Below are positions 1 to 9,937 of a stretch of 64,000 nt of DNA, piece after piece. A program made the translations under genes and the position numbers. Below the pieces are notes generated by a model. It saw only the letters and a list, made by a program, of their open reading frames with translations, did not search any database and was not told where the DNA came from. The stretch is from Candidatus Bathyarchaeota archaeon. Lineage in GTDB: Archaea; Thermoproteota; Bathyarchaeia; Bathyarchaeales; Bathycorpusculaceae. The stretch is from NCBI GenBank assembly GCA_963832745.1, contig CAWHVC010000001.1, positions 448,001 to 512,000 on the forward strand, written 5' to 3'. How positions within the stretch are numbered: the stretch's first letter is position 1; every line of letters starts with the position of its first letter.

Positions 1-825
1 ACCGTTGTGTTCAAGGGCAACGTTTTCGCCGCATCTCGGGCTAAGCACGCAAAGAGAGGAACAACCCTGCACGTAAGAGGCTAATACGCCGTCGAAAAAC
101 TGGATAAACATGCTGCCGACATCACGCTTTACCCACTCGTCAAAAATCGTATTTAGAAACCTGCCGTACTGAATTGGGTTCACTGAACGTTCCGTGAGAC
201 AGTTTCCTTGCTGGTTTCCTGTGCTGTTGTCTCTTTCAACTATGGGTATAAACTGGATATAAGGCGTTTTAAGTTCATCACGGAAAAAACGGTAAACTTC
301 AAGCGAATGCCAACTGTTAACAGCGTTGACAGTGCATAGAACGTTAAATTCAACCTGATACTTTTGCATAAGCCTAACCGACCTAACAACACGGTCAAAA
401 ACTGAGTTGCCAGCCCTATCTTTTCGGTAAACGTCATGCACATGTTTTGGGCCATCAAGGCTTATGCCAACCAAAAAATTGTTTTCATGAAGAAAACGGC
501 ACCATTCTCCATCAATCAGTACACCATTCGTCTGTAATGTTTGCTCAACTTGGACGCTTGAGTTAACGGTTTTTTTGATTACATCTGTGGAATGGCGGAA
601 AAAGTCTATCCCCATCAGGGTTGGTTCGCCCCCCTGCCATGAGATTGTTACTGTGGGGGCGTCTTGGGATTCTATGGTTTGGCGGATGTAGGTTTCCATT
701 ATTTTGTCTGTCATGCAGAATTTGCTGTTCGGGTAGAGTTGTTTCTTTTTTAGGAAAAAGCAGTAGTCACAGCTAAGGTTGCATCGTGAACCGGTAGGTT
801 TAGCCATAACATGGAATGCACGCAT
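1..825 (-). CDS. Anaerobic sulfatase maturase (radical SAM/SPASM), 3' end beyond window
   Basis: Not in the ORF track. Manual translation from ATG 825: MRAFHVMAKPTGSRCNLSCDYCFF...WQGGEPTLMG...LQTNG...GISLDG...QFIPIVE...ALEHNG, open to the window edge. CxxxCxxC and AnSME-type motifs. Confidence 0.92.
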   Translation of the reverse strand, partial: MRAFHVMAKPTGSRCNLSCDYCFFLKKKQLYPNSKFCMTDKIMETYIRQTIESQDAPTVTISWQGGEPTLMGIDFFRHSTDVIKKTVNSSVQVEQTLQTNGVLIDGEWCRFLHENNFLVGISLDGPKHVHDVYRKDRAGNSVFDRVVRSVRLMQKYQVEFNVLCTVNAVNSWHSLEVYRFFRDELKTPYIQFIPIVERDNSTGNQQGNCLTERSVNPIQYGRFLNTIFDEWVKRDVGSMFIQFFDGVLASYVQGCSSLCVLSPRCGENVALEHNG

Positions 826-896
826 ACTCTTTTCACGTTAAAAAGTTAGATTAAAAAATTTTAAGAAACGGGAAAAAGATTTAATTAAAAATGTGA

Positions 897-1223
897 TTAT
901 AGCCTTGAGAGTAGCCCTATTATTGCGCCGATAACCATTATCCACGCTATAAAGGATGCACCAAGCAAACTTGCAACAATCGCGAGCAGTATGATCCATA
1001 TTGCAGCTCCGATATTGTAAACGAATCTTGAGGATGCAGCGCCTAAAATGCCAATGATAAGCATTGCAAGACCCCAGAAAAACGTGCCTAAAGCGTACAC
1101 TGGATAAAAGATTAACAGGAATATTCCAAACATTGCTCCAAGTCCGACAAGTATCAAAATTATGCTGCCGATTAAGGCTAAAGCAAATCCTATATTTGCT
1201 AATGTTCGAGAAATCTTGTTCAC
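897..1223 (-). CDS. Small hypothetical membrane protein
   Basis: 108 aa, almost entirely hydrophobic helices. Confidence 0.7.
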   Translation of the reverse strand: MNKISRTLANIGFALALIGSIILILVGLGAMFGIFLLIFYPVYALGTFFWGLAMLIIGILGAASSRFVYNIGAAIWIILLAIVASLLGASFIAWIMVIGAIIGLLSRL

Positions 1224-1437
1224 CTCCTAAAAACCAGTTTAATAAATGGGCTACAGATTCATCAGCGAAACTGTTGAGCCTTTTGCTTAAGCTATAAACC
1301 TGCTATTTTGTTCTTAAGCGTTTGTGACTGGTTTAATATTGTAACAAAAATGGAAGCCAAAATCCAGTTGTTGTAGCTGAGCATAGCCTACAAATTCTTT
1401 TTACAATGATTACGAAAAACAGTTATGGTGAAAATAC

Positions 1438-1734
1438 TTGGTAAGTGTTGATGAACTTAAAGGTAAAGAAGTTTATGCCAAGCGAGGAATAAAAATCGGT
1501 AAAGTCGAAGATGTCGAAATAGATGACAACAACTGGTCCGTAAAAGCACTTGACGTCAGAATGAATGATGATATTGCTAAGGTTTATGGTGAGAAAGCAG
1601 GTTTCATGAAAAAAGAAATCATTCCACTTCCGGCAAACATGCTGGGTCCAATAGGCGACAACGTAACGTTAAAGGAAGAAATCAAAGATTTTGATGCACT
1701 TCGAGGCTCAATGAGAACAGAAAGGTCCTTCTAA
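1438..1734 (+). CDS. PRC-barrel domain protein
   Basis: ELKGKEVY...IGKVEDVEID pattern typical of PRC barrels; GGTGA SD upstream. Confidence 0.85.
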   Translation: MVSVDELKGKEVYAKRGIKIGKVEDVEIDDNNWSVKALDVRMNDDIAKVYGEKAGFMKKEIIPLPANMLGPIGDNVTLKEEIKDFDALRGSMRTERSF

Positions 1735-1887
1735 ATCTTTAGTTTTACTTAATTCTGGTTTTAACTATTTTGACATTTTTTAGGTAAAACTAACCTTTCT
1801 CTCTTTTTAGTTACCCTATCTCTTGGAGAAACCAAACCAGCCAGCCCTTAATGTAAAAAAGGCATAGGCGACTGGTAAAAAAAACAG

Positions 1888-2952
1888 TCAATTTTGTTTT
1901 CTAAGAGCAACTGGCACATATGGACATCGAGGGTCCGAACCGTGAATATCTCCAGTGTAAAACAGCGCAGTTGTTCTGCAGCCACCACATAACTGTCTGT
2001 ATTCACAGACGCCACATTTGCCTTTGAGGTTGTTTTTGTCTCGGACTTTGGCGAAGAACTCACTGTTTTCCATGTCCTTCCAAATCTGCATTAACGGTTT
2101 GTCTTTTACGCTTCCAGCACGGTAAACATCGTTGTAACTGCAGGGAATAGCTTCACCGTTTTCGGCTATGCTCATAAATTTGCCAAACCAGCATCTGCCC
2201 AAAAAGAAGTTGTTATACCAATCGTCAAAATTGGGCATTTCTCGTTGTTTGGCGACCCGTGCCATGAATGGAATGTAAACGTTGATTTCTGGTTTACCTT
2301 TGTATTCCAGCATCAAGTCGTAAAGGGTGTTGCATGCCCACTCATACTGTTGCGGCGTAATGTCTGCTTTGATGCTTTCCTTACTGAAAGGAATGAACCC
2401 GTGGAAAACAACCCATCTGGCGCCGTTTTTACGGGCAAGTTCGATTACGTGGACAATGTCTTGCTTGTTAGCGTTGGTTACTCCTTTTTCTGTTTTAGCA
2501 AAAGTGTAAACAAGACAATCCAGCAGGCCGGCTTTGGAGAGTTTTTCTATCGCTGCTACTGCGGCTTTGTAGCTGCCTTTGCTTCGGAGAGCATCATTGG
2601 TTTCTTCGGCGCCGTCTATACTAACTGAAACCCTAACCTTGTTATCTATTATGCCTTTGAATGCGGCTTCATCCATTTTGTGAGCATCAGTAATTATGCT
2701 AACGCTAAGGCCTTTTTGTTTGGCGTAATCGATTATTTCGAAAAGATCCTTGCGTAGGAAAGGTTCACCGCCTGTTAAACCAAAAAAGGTTGCACCAAAT
2801 TCTGCTACTTGGTCAACGATGTGTTTTGCTTCTGCTGTGTTAACTTCGTCTGGTACGGCTTGTTTTCCGCCTGAAGTGCAGTGAACACAGTTACTGTCGC
2901 ACCCAAAAGTGCAACGAAATGGAACAATAAACAGTGGACCTTTACCTGTCAT
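1888..2952 (-). CDS. Radical SAM/SPASM protein (AhbC/AhbD/PqqE-like)
   Basis: CDSNCVHC, TGGEP, C-terminal KCGVCEYRQLCGGCR...DPRC. Confidence 0.9.
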   Translation of the reverse strand: MTGKGPLFIVPFRCTFGCDSNCVHCTSGGKQAVPDEVNTAEAKHIVDQVAEFGATFFGLTGGEPFLRKDLFEIIDYAKQKGLSVSIITDAHKMDEAAFKGIIDNKVRVSVSIDGAEETNDALRSKGSYKAAVAAIEKLSKAGLLDCLVYTFAKTEKGVTNANKQDIVHVIELARKNGARWVVFHGFIPFSKESIKADITPQQYEWACNTLYDLMLEYKGKPEINVYIPFMARVAKQREMPNFDDWYNNFFLGRCWFGKFMSIAENGEAIPCSYNDVYRAGSVKDKPLMQIWKDMENSEFFAKVRDKNNLKGKCGVCEYRQLCGGCRTTALFYTGDIHGSDPRCPYVPVALRKQN

Positions 2953-3032
2953 CTCAACCCTTTACCCCGCGCATTGTATAGTTTGCTAAATCTGAAAATT
3001 GATATTTAACTCTTCATGTTTACCTGGCAGTG

Positions 3033-4013
3033 TTAGATTTCGTTACTAGTTAGCTGGTAAAGGTTTCCAACGCTGTTATGTACGTATACTTGTGGAAACA
3101 GTTTTGCGATGGCGTAGTTTGCTCGCCAGCCTGTGCAGTGGCAGGGAATGAGTAGTTGAGGATTAATCTGCTTTAACTCAACGAGGGTTTGAGGAATTAT
3201 AGTTTCGTTCTCTTGACCACCTAAATGAAAACCGCCAATAACCGCGTAAACCGTGTTGACGCCAGTAATTTCTTGTGCGTAACGCACCGTATTAATGATG
3301 CCTGCATGAGCACAACCAGAAACAACCACCAATCCTCGTCCTTTAAGATTCATGACTATGGCGCGGTCATCTATAACCCAACGGTCAGGCTGCCAATCGT
3401 CATCCTTCCTAATCCTGTTCAACCCGTAGCCCCGCTCGAAACTGGTTTTTCTTGGAATCTCTCCAGTTATAAGGACAGAATGGTTTGCGATTAGACATGG
3501 TTCCTTAGTGTTGATAATTTGGGCGGGGTTTAATTGTTCAGGCGAGGGAAAATCTGGATGGTTTCGTACGCCATGAGGTCCAGCGGTTCCGTGCTGTTTA
3601 AACATGTTTTCATGCGTAATAATTGGCAAATTTTGCTTGTTGATTGCTTTTACAGCAGCTTGTAATCCGCCAAAATGGTCGTAATGCCCATGTGAAAGAA
3701 CTATAACGCTTATTTCTTTTAAGTTGATGCACATTCTTTGAGCGTTAAGAATTATTCCTTCAGCGCTTACGCCAGTGTCAAAAAGAACCGTGCGGCAGTC
3801 TCCATCCGTGTAGACACGTATCAACATGGAAAAGCCGTGTTCAGCAATCGGCATCGGCTTGTGCGTTTGAGCATATTCTTCACCTTGTTGTTCTCTGAGC
3901 CATTTCCATAACGCTTTAACCGCAGGGTTACGATTGGAAGAAGTAAAATCTACGGTGTTATCTATTAGGCTGATGATTTCAATTTTGGATGCTTCCTTAA
4001 ACGTTGGCTCCAT
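3033..4013 (-). CDS. MBL-fold metallo-hydrolase (COG1237/MJ0301-like)
   Basis: AEHGFS, LFDTG, SHGHYDHFGG, GCAHAG, GGFHL, PCHCTG. Confidence 0.9.
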   Translation of the reverse strand: MEPTFKEASKIEIISLIDNTVDFTSSNRNPAVKALWKWLREQQGEEYAQTHKPMPIAEHGFSMLIRVYTDGDCRTVLFDTGVSAEGIILNAQRMCINLKEISVIVLSHGHYDHFGGLQAAVKAINKQNLPIITHENMFKQHGTAGPHGVRNHPDFPSPEQLNPAQIINTKEPCLIANHSVLITGEIPRKTSFERGYGLNRIRKDDDWQPDRWVIDDRAIVMNLKGRGLVVVSGCAHAGIINTVRYAQEITGVNTVYAVIGGFHLGGQENETIIPQTLVELKQINPQLLIPCHCTGWRANYAIAKLFPQVYVHNSVGNLYQLTSNEI

Positions 4014-4025
4014 GCGTTAATCCCC

Positions 4026-4595
4026 TTAGAGTGTCCCACTATAGTGAACGTTTGTTGGGCAGCCTACACATTTTTTTGCTTCTAAACGGTTGCAGGGCGT
4101 GCAGTCCACGTTGCAGGGCGTCATTTTCTTTTGCTTGCTTGACAAGCCCTCGCGTATTTGAAGAAACTGAGAAAAGAAGGTTTCGCTTACTGGATAAAAT
4201 TCGGAACGCCGTATGCCTTTGCTGCATCTTAGGGAACATTTTTCCATGGATATGCTTTCAAGTGTATCTTGGGTTTCAGCGACAACAAGCGCTATTAGGT
4301 TGTAGCCGCCTACTGTTTTGAAGATTTGAACTACTCTTGGGCAGTCTTCAAATCTTTTGAGGAGAGCACGCATGGCATCTCCACTTTCCATTTCCAGCAT
4401 GACTAAAGCGGGGTAGAGTTTGAGGGCAGTTGGGTTGATTAACGCAGATATTTTTATGATGTTGTCTTTTTGTAGTTTGTCTATTCTTTTTTTGGTGCCC
4501 ATGCTTGATAGGCCGATTTGTTTTGCTATGTCTTGTAGTGTTGTGCGTCCGTCTGTTTGGAGGATGCTGATTATTTTTTTGTCTGTTTCATCCAT
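4026..4595 (-). CDS. Lrp/AsnC regulator with Cys-rich C-terminal extension
   Basis: MDETDKKIISILQTDGR HTH, RAM domain, tail PCNVDCTPC...CVGCP; ATG 4595 preferred over TTG 4610. Confidence 0.88.
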   Translation of the reverse strand: MDETDKKIISILQTDGRTTLQDIAKQIGLSSMGTKKRIDKLQKDNIIKISALINPTALKLYPALVMLEMESGDAMRALLKRFEDCPRVVQIFKTVGGYNLIALVVAETQDTLESISMEKCSLRCSKGIRRSEFYPVSETFFSQFLQIREGLSSKQKKMTPCNVDCTPCNRLEAKKCVGCPTNVHYSGTL

Positions 4596-4611
4596 GGCAC
4601 CATGCCTCAAA

Positions 4612-4657
4612 GTTTAGATTCTAAACCAAACCTATTAATATTGTTTAGTTATTAAAC
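4612..4657. promoter_or_regulatory. Two 15-bp palindromic operator candidates in the divergent Lrp/Mrp promoter
   Basis: GTTTAG-ATT-CTAAAC (4612-4626) and GTTTA-GTTAT-TAAAC (4643-4657), 31 bp apart. Confidence 0.65.
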
Positions 4658-4680
4658 TTTTATCCCTCTGGTGTTCAAAC

Positions 4681-5580
4681 ATGGCAAACCCCACTCAAAC
4701 CACAATCCAATGCGAAGAAGAATGCGGAACTTGCAGCTCCTCGAGCAATTGCAGCGACGAGCAAAAAGAAGAACAAAAACTAAAACAACAACTCAAAAAA
4801 ATCAAATACAAAATAGCAGTCATAAGCGGCAAAGGCGGCGTAGGTAAAAGCACCGTAACCGCCAATCTTGCAATGGGGTTTGCCATGCAAGGTTACAAAG
4901 TCGGCGTTCTTGACGCAGACATTCATGGACCATGCATTCCAAAAATGCTGGGTCTAAAAGGGCAAACACTAAACAGCAGTCCCAGCGGCATAATCGCCCC
5001 TGTCGTGGGTCGCTCAGGCGTGAAAGTTGCGTCGATCGATTTTCTGCTTAAAAGCGATGATCAACCCGTAATTTGGCGTGGACCATTAAAAATGAGGCTT
5101 ATCCAGCAATTCCTCTCTTACGTCGCATGGGGCGAACTTGACTTCTTGTTCGTCGACCTACCACCCGGCACTGGCGATGAACCATTGACAGTAACACAGT
5201 TAATCCCTGACATGGATGGCGTGCTCATAGTTACCATGCCCTCAGAACTTTCCGAAGGAATAGTCAAAAAATCTGTTAGTTTTGCCAAACAAGTGGGCGT
5301 TCCAATAATCGGGATAATTGAAAATATGAGTGGATATGTTTGTCCTGACTGTGGAAAAAAGGTTGATATTTTCCAGTCTGGAGGCGGCAAACGCATAGCA
5401 GAAGAGCAGTCTGTCCCATATTTAGGAAGCATACCAATTGACCCTTCAGTTTGTACAGACTCTGACAAGGGTTTATCATCCATAGAGGAAAAGAAGGGTT
5501 CCCCAACAACAAAAGCGTTTACAGAAATTATACAAAAAACAAAACAATTCTTAGAAGAAAATGAGGCGAAGAGAAAATGA
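4681..5580 (+). CDS. mrp: Mrp/NBP35 (ApbC) Fe-S cluster carrier ATPase
   Basis: SGKGGVGKST, DADIHGP, VIWRGP, DLPPGTGD, ENMS...CPDC; N-terminal Cys motif. Confidence 0.95.
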   Translation: MANPTQTTIQCEEECGTCSSSSNCSDEQKEEQKLKQQLKKIKYKIAVISGKGGVGKSTVTANLAMGFAMQGYKVGVLDADIHGPCIPKMLGLKGQTLNSSPSGIIAPVVGRSGVKVASIDFLLKSDDQPVIWRGPLKMRLIQQFLSYVAWGELDFLFVDLPPGTGDEPLTVTQLIPDMDGVLIVTMPSELSEGIVKKSVSFAKQVGVPIIGIIENMSGYVCPDCGKKVDIFQSGGGKRIAEEQSVPYLGSIPIDPSVCTDSDKGLSSIEEKKGSPTTKAFTEIIQKTKQFLEENEAKRK

Positions 5581-5948
5581 AGGTAGCCGTGAGTTCAACC
5601 ACAAATAATTTAGAGGGCCAATTAGACCCTAGATTTGGCAGATGCGCATATCTGCTGATTGTTGATTCTGAAACTATGCAGTTTGAAGCCATCCCTAACG
5701 CTGCAGCTGGAGCCGGAGGTGGCGCAGGGATTCAATCGGCACAGTTGATTGCAGATAAAGGCGCAAAAGCAGTTATAACCGGAAATGTTGGTCCTAATGC
5801 GTTTAGGGCTTTGTCAGCTGCTGGCATCCAAATAATAACTGGAGCTGAAGGAACGGTTAAGGAAACTGTTGAAAAATATAACCGCGGCGAGTTTAACAAA
5901 ACCGTTGCACCCACTGTTGAGGAACACTTCGGTTCTAAACAGGGGTAG
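5577..5948 (+). CDS. NifB/NifX family (COG1433) protein
   Basis: DPRFGRCAY, GGAGIQSAQ, GNVGPNA. Confidence 0.92.
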   Translation: MKVAVSSTTNNLEGQLDPRFGRCAYLLIVDSETMQFEAIPNAAAGAGGGAGIQSAQLIADKGAKAVITGNVGPNAFRALSAAGIQIITGAEGTVKETVEKYNRGEFNKTVAPTVEEHFGSKQG

Positions 5949-6016
5949 TAATTGTTTTGCAACCAGAATATTGTAACCATTTTATTAGACTTGGTTAAAG
6001 TTGGAGGTGAAAAGGA

Positions 6017-6391
6017 TTGACAGAAAAAATTGTTGTTCCAACAGAAAATCAAGAAGGCATAAACGCTGTAGTAGCTGAACACTTCGGTCGCGCACCATAC
6101 TTTACAATTGTTGAATTAGATAACGGCAAAATAGTGAACGTAAGCACAGTTCCAAACACAAGTGAACACGTTGGCGGAGAAGGCTCCCCTTTTGACGTAC
6201 TTGTTAAATTAAACCCTAAAGCAGCCATTGTTAACGGCATGGGTCCAAGAGGCATAACGAACTTCAACAATGCAGGCGTTAAAGTATTAAGAGCCAACGC
6301 ACAAGTCGTCAACAAAATAGTTGAAGCATACATTGCAGGCCAACTTGAAGATTTAACAGAAGGATGCTCTGAGGCACATCATCACCATTAA
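6017..6391 (+). CDS. NifB/NifX family protein
   Basis: EHFGRAPYF, GMGPRG, C-terminal C...HHHH; SD GGAGGTGA. Confidence 0.92.
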   Translation: MTEKIVVPTENQEGINAVVAEHFGRAPYFTIVELDNGKIVNVSTVPNTSEHVGGEGSPFDVLVKLNPKAAIVNGMGPRGITNFNNAGVKVLRANAQVVNKIVEAYIAGQLEDLTEGCSEAHHHH

Positions 6392-6451
6392 AAAACCTCA
6401 AACATTTCCTCTATTTTTTAAAGAAAAAAACAATCAAATGAAGGTTAACAT

Positions 6452-7288
6452 ATGATAATAACGGTTGCAAGCGGTAAAGGCGGCACAGGAAAAACTTCAG
6501 TTGCCGTAAACTTGGCTCTTTCGATAGATAACTGTCAAGTTTTAGACTGCGACGTTGAAGAACCAAACGCACACTTACTACTACGCCCAGAAACAAACAG
6601 GACCGAACCTGTTTACGCTTCAAACGTCAAAATTGACAAAACCTTATGCAGGCAATGCGGAGTATGTGCAAAATTTTGCCGATACAATGCATTGTTCTGC
6701 TCCTTTAAAGGCGTTCTCATTTTCCCTGAATTATGCCACGGCTGCGGCGGATGCATAACAGTTTGCCCCGAAAAAGCAATCAGCGAAGAAAAATACAAAG
6801 TCGGGACCCTGAATTTCTCCCAAGCAGGCAACATCAAGCTGGTTTATGGCGAGCTTGAAGTAGGCAAACCCATGACGAGTCCAATCATTAAAGCAGTAAA
6901 AAAGCAGGCTTCAAAAGACCGACCCGTCATCGTTGATTCGCCGCCGGGAGCGTCTTGCTCTTTTGTTGAAACCGTGCGGAACACCGATTACTGCATCCTG
7001 GTTACCGAGCCAACGCCTTTTGGTTTGCATGACCTAAAAATTACAGTTGAAGTCTTAAAGAAAATGGATGTGCCTTTCGGTGTTATCGTTAATCGTTCAG
7101 GGATAGGCGACAGATCAGTTTATGATTACTGCAAACAAGAAAGCACTCCTATCCTGTTAGAGATTCCCTATGAACGAAAAATAGCGGAATTATACTCAAA
7201 AGGAATAGCTTTTAGCGTTGAAATGCCCGAGTGGAAAACAAGCTTTCAAGATTTATTCAACCAGTTAAGGAGGCTTACAGGGAAATGA
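6452..7288 (+). CDS. MinD-superfamily ATPase with inserted ferredoxin domain (COG1149)
   Basis: SGKGGTGKT, DCDVEEPN, two CxxCxxCxxxC motifs, TEPTPFGLHDL. Confidence 0.92.
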   Translation: MIITVASGKGGTGKTSVAVNLALSIDNCQVLDCDVEEPNAHLLLRPETNRTEPVYASNVKIDKTLCRQCGVCAKFCRYNALFCSFKGVLIFPELCHGCGGCITVCPEKAISEEKYKVGTLNFSQAGNIKLVYGELEVGKPMTSPIIKAVKKQASKDRPVIVDSPPGASCSFVETVRNTDYCILVTEPTPFGLHDLKITVEVLKKMDVPFGVIVNRSGIGDRSVYDYCKQESTPILLEIPYERKIAELYSKGIAFSVEMPEWKTSFQDLFNQLRRLTGK

Positions 7289-8154
7289 AGGAGCTTACCG
7301 TTTTAAGCGGCAAAGGCGGCACAGGTAAAACAAGCATAACAGCATGCCTAGCCGTGTTAGCAGGCAACTCGGTGGTTGCAGACTGCGATGTTGACGCACC
7401 AGACTTGCACATGCTGCTGCATCCTGAAATATTTGAGAGACAAACGTTTATGGGTTCAAAAGTTGCCCAAATTGATGCTTCAAAATGTGTTAAATGCGGC
7501 GCCTGCAAAACAAAATGCAAGTTTGACGCAATTTCGACTAATTTAAACATTGATGCCACCGCTTGCGAAGGGTGCGGCGTGTGCCTTTTAGCATGCAAAA
7601 TCGACGCGATCAGTTTGGTTGAAAGAATTTCTGGCAGCGCTTATATTTCGAAAACGAAGTTTGGATTTATGGCTCATGCAATGCTTTACCCAGGTGAGGG
7701 TAATTCTGGAAAACTGGTTACGTTAGTTAGGCAGAATGCCAAAATTTTAGCTACCAAGGAAAAGCTGGACTTGATAATTGTGGATGGTCCGCCGGGTATT
7801 GGTTGCCCGGTCATTGCGTCTGTTTCAGGAGTTGACGCAGGCTTGATTGTTGTTGAACCTACACTTTCAGGCATTCATGACTTAAAGAGGGTACTGCAGT
7901 TACTTAACCACTTCAAAGTGAAGCCGTACGTTTGCGTTAACATGTATGACATAAACCTTGAAAACACGCAACAAATTAAGGCTTATTGCCAAGAAAACAG
8001 TGTAGAGTTTGTCGGTAATATCCCGTTTGACCCCCAGTTTACCGAAGCCATGGTTAATGGACAAACCCTGATAGAATATGCGCCGACAAGCCCAAGCGCA
8101 CAAGAAATCAAAAGCATCTGGGAAAAAATGAAATCAGCTTTAAGCAGCCAATAA
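7285..8154 (+). CDS. Second COG1149 ATPase/ferredoxin paralogue
   Basis: ATGA overlap with the previous gene; SGKGGTGKT, DCDVDAPD, two ferredoxin motifs, DGPPGIGCP. Confidence 0.92.
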   Translation: MKELTVLSGKGGTGKTSITACLAVLAGNSVVADCDVDAPDLHMLLHPEIFERQTFMGSKVAQIDASKCVKCGACKTKCKFDAISTNLNIDATACEGCGVCLLACKIDAISLVERISGSAYISKTKFGFMAHAMLYPGEGNSGKLVTLVRQNAKILATKEKLDLIIVDGPPGIGCPVIASVSGVDAGLIVVEPTLSGIHDLKRVLQLLNHFKVKPYVCVNMYDINLENTQQIKAYCQENSVEFVGNIPFDPQFTEAMVNGQTLIEYAPTSPSAQEIKSIWEKMKSALSSQ

Positions 8155-8183
8155 TCGGACATAACATTGAATGATGATGAGAC

Positions 8184-8666
8184 ATGGTAAACGAGATAAC
8201 ATACAAACCTATAGGCTTGATACATTCACCTTTCAAAGAGCCAAAAAACGTGCCCATACAAGCTTCCGCATCAGTTACAGTAGGAACGATCGAATTGTAC
8301 CCCGAATATGTCGAAGGGTTAAAAGACCTTGGAGGCTTCTCGCACATCATCCTGCTTTACCATTTTCACCTAATAAAAAACGTATCCATGCTTGTGAAAC
8401 CGTTTTTAGATGATAAATTGCATGGGATATTTGCTACTCGGGCCCCTGCAAGACCAAACCCTATAGGCTTATCAGTAGTGCAACTCAAAAAAGTAGAAGG
8501 CAACATACTACGCATCCAAGACGTTGATATCCTTGATGGTACACCTTTGCTTGACATAAAGCCTTACGTGCCAAAGTTTGACTATCGAGAAAACTGCAAA
8601 ATTGGCTGGTTCAACGAAAACCTTGATAAACTTTCCTCAGCAAAAGACGACGGCAGGTTCTGCTAA
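8184..8666 (+). CDS. tsaA: TsaA/TrmO family SAM-dependent methyltransferase
   Basis: KPIGLIHSPF, GIFATRAPARPNPIGLS, DGTPLLDIKPY. Confidence 0.93.
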   Translation: MVNEITYKPIGLIHSPFKEPKNVPIQASASVTVGTIELYPEYVEGLKDLGGFSHIILLYHFHLIKNVSMLVKPFLDDKLHGIFATRAPARPNPIGLSVVQLKKVEGNILRIQDVDILDGTPLLDIKPYVPKFDYRENCKIGWFNENLDKLSSAKDDGRFC

Positions 8667-8702
8667 AAAGGGTTACTGGCAAGGATTAAAAAAAATAAGT
8701 GT

Positions 8703-8993
8703 TTATTGTTTTTGTTCGTTTAGTTTGGCTTGGATTTTTTCAAGTGTTTGCTGCATTGCTTTGACTTGTGTTTCTAGCGCGTTTTTTTGTTGCGTCAGTA
8801 ATGTGGTTTCGGCTTCTTTTGTTAGGTGTGCTGGTGTTGTGTTTGTTGGTTCAGCTATGTAGTACATGCAGGCGCCTCGTCCGTAGAGGTATCCGGGTCG
8901 TTCCCATGGCGGCAGGTTGCTGAATGGTCCGTTTCCTGGCCAGTTTCTGAAGCATCTTTCTCTTCCATTTCCGTAGCCATATCCATTTCCCAT
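8703..8993 (-). CDS. DUF5320-like Gly-rich/coiled-coil protein
   Basis: GPFSNLPPWERPG motif and C-terminal coiled coil; SD GAGGTGA; usual neighbour of DUF134. Confidence 0.7.
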   Translation of the reverse strand: MGNGYGYGNGRERCFRNWPGNGPFSNLPPWERPGYLYGRGACMYYIAEPTNTTPAHLTKEAETTLLTQQKNALETQVKAMQQTLEKIQAKLNEQKQ

Positions 8994-9012
8994 TGTTTTT
9001 TCACCTCGTTTT

Positions 9013-9056
9013 TGTGCTTATGCACACAATTACTAATTATGAGAATATGCACACAA
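9013..9056. promoter_or_regulatory. Tandem palindromic operator candidates between DUF5320 and DUF134
   Basis: TGTGC-TTAT-GCACA (9013-9026) and TGAGAATATGCACA (9040-9053); TATGCACACAA repeated 27 bp apart. Confidence 0.6.
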
Positions 9057-9101
9057 ATTTATAAGAGTTACGGAATATACACTAATCAAGGAGACATCAA
9101 A

Positions 9102-9407
9102 ATGGGCTACCGACACAGGCATGGAAAAAGAGGCAGAAACCCAAAACAAATCAACCTACCCAACCCCTCAGCAGCCAACACATTCACACCAACAAACCCT
9201 ACAAACCAAGAACCAATCATAATAGATTTAGCAGAAATAGAAGCCCAACGCCTCGTAGATTTTGAAGGATTATCCCAAGAAGAAGCAGGAAAAAAAATGG
9301 GCATCTCCAGAGGAACCATATGGCGCCTCGTACAAAACGCCCGCAAAAAAACCGCTCAAGCCCTAAGCGAAGGACGCCCACTAAAAATCGGTGACAACCA
9401 AACCTAA
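9102..9407 (+). CDS. DUF134 (UPF0251) DNA-binding protein
   Basis: EIEAQRLVDFEGLSQEEAGKKMGISRGT...ARKK; ATG 9102 after AGGAG (ORF-track start is over-extended). Confidence 0.9.
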   Translation: MGYRHRHGKRGRNPKQINLPNPSAANTFTPTNPTNQEPIIIDLAEIEAQRLVDFEGLSQEEAGKKMGISRGTIWRLVQNARKKTAQALSEGRPLKIGDNQT

Positions 9408-9408
9408 A

Positions 9409-9810
9409 CTACAGAGTCTCTTTCCATTCCCAAATCTTTCCAACCCAATTATCAGCCATGTCAGTTTTGTATTCATGCAGACAAATCGCTTTGTTTAGCC
9501 GCATCAGTATTCCTGAAGAAGTCACTTGCGTAGAGGCGCCCCTGCTGATACCACCGTTTCCTGAAGGCCAACCAATCGAATTCATCTGCACATTAACTGT
9601 TTCACCAGCCATAGTTGTTATGATGCCTGTTCCTTCACCCATAAAAAGCCCGTCAGCCATGACACCGACTGTTGTAAATATTATCATTGCATCTATGCCC
9701 ATGATTTTTCCTTTTCCTTGCCCCGAGGTTTCGATTTGTCCGTCAGGTAGCACACGGTAAACAGTGTTTTTTCCTTTAAACTCGGCAATTAACTCTAAAG
9801 TCAACGACAT
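9409..9810 (-). CDS. Hypothetical protein
   Basis: 133 aa beta-rich ORF ending KIWEWK. Confidence 0.7.
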   Translation of the reverse strand: MSLTLELIAEFKGKNTVYRVLPDGQIETSGQGKGKIMGIDAMIIFTTVGVMADGLFMGEGTGIITTMAGETVNVQMNSIGWPSGNGGISRGASTQVTSSGILMRLNKAICLHEYKTDMADNWVGKIWEWKETL

Positions 9811-9937
9811 AACGGTTCACTTCCTAAAGCAGAAATGTGCAGGGGCTAGATATGGTTATGTTGCTACCAGTTTACAGTCACAACATGCTGCCGAAAAAAT
9901 TAAATTGACAAGAAACCCCTTTTATTTGGTGAAACTT

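Noticed and set aside
240-458. 72-aa ORF and other short overlapping ORFs in the track
   Set aside because: Alternate-frame or antisense shadows of well-supported genes
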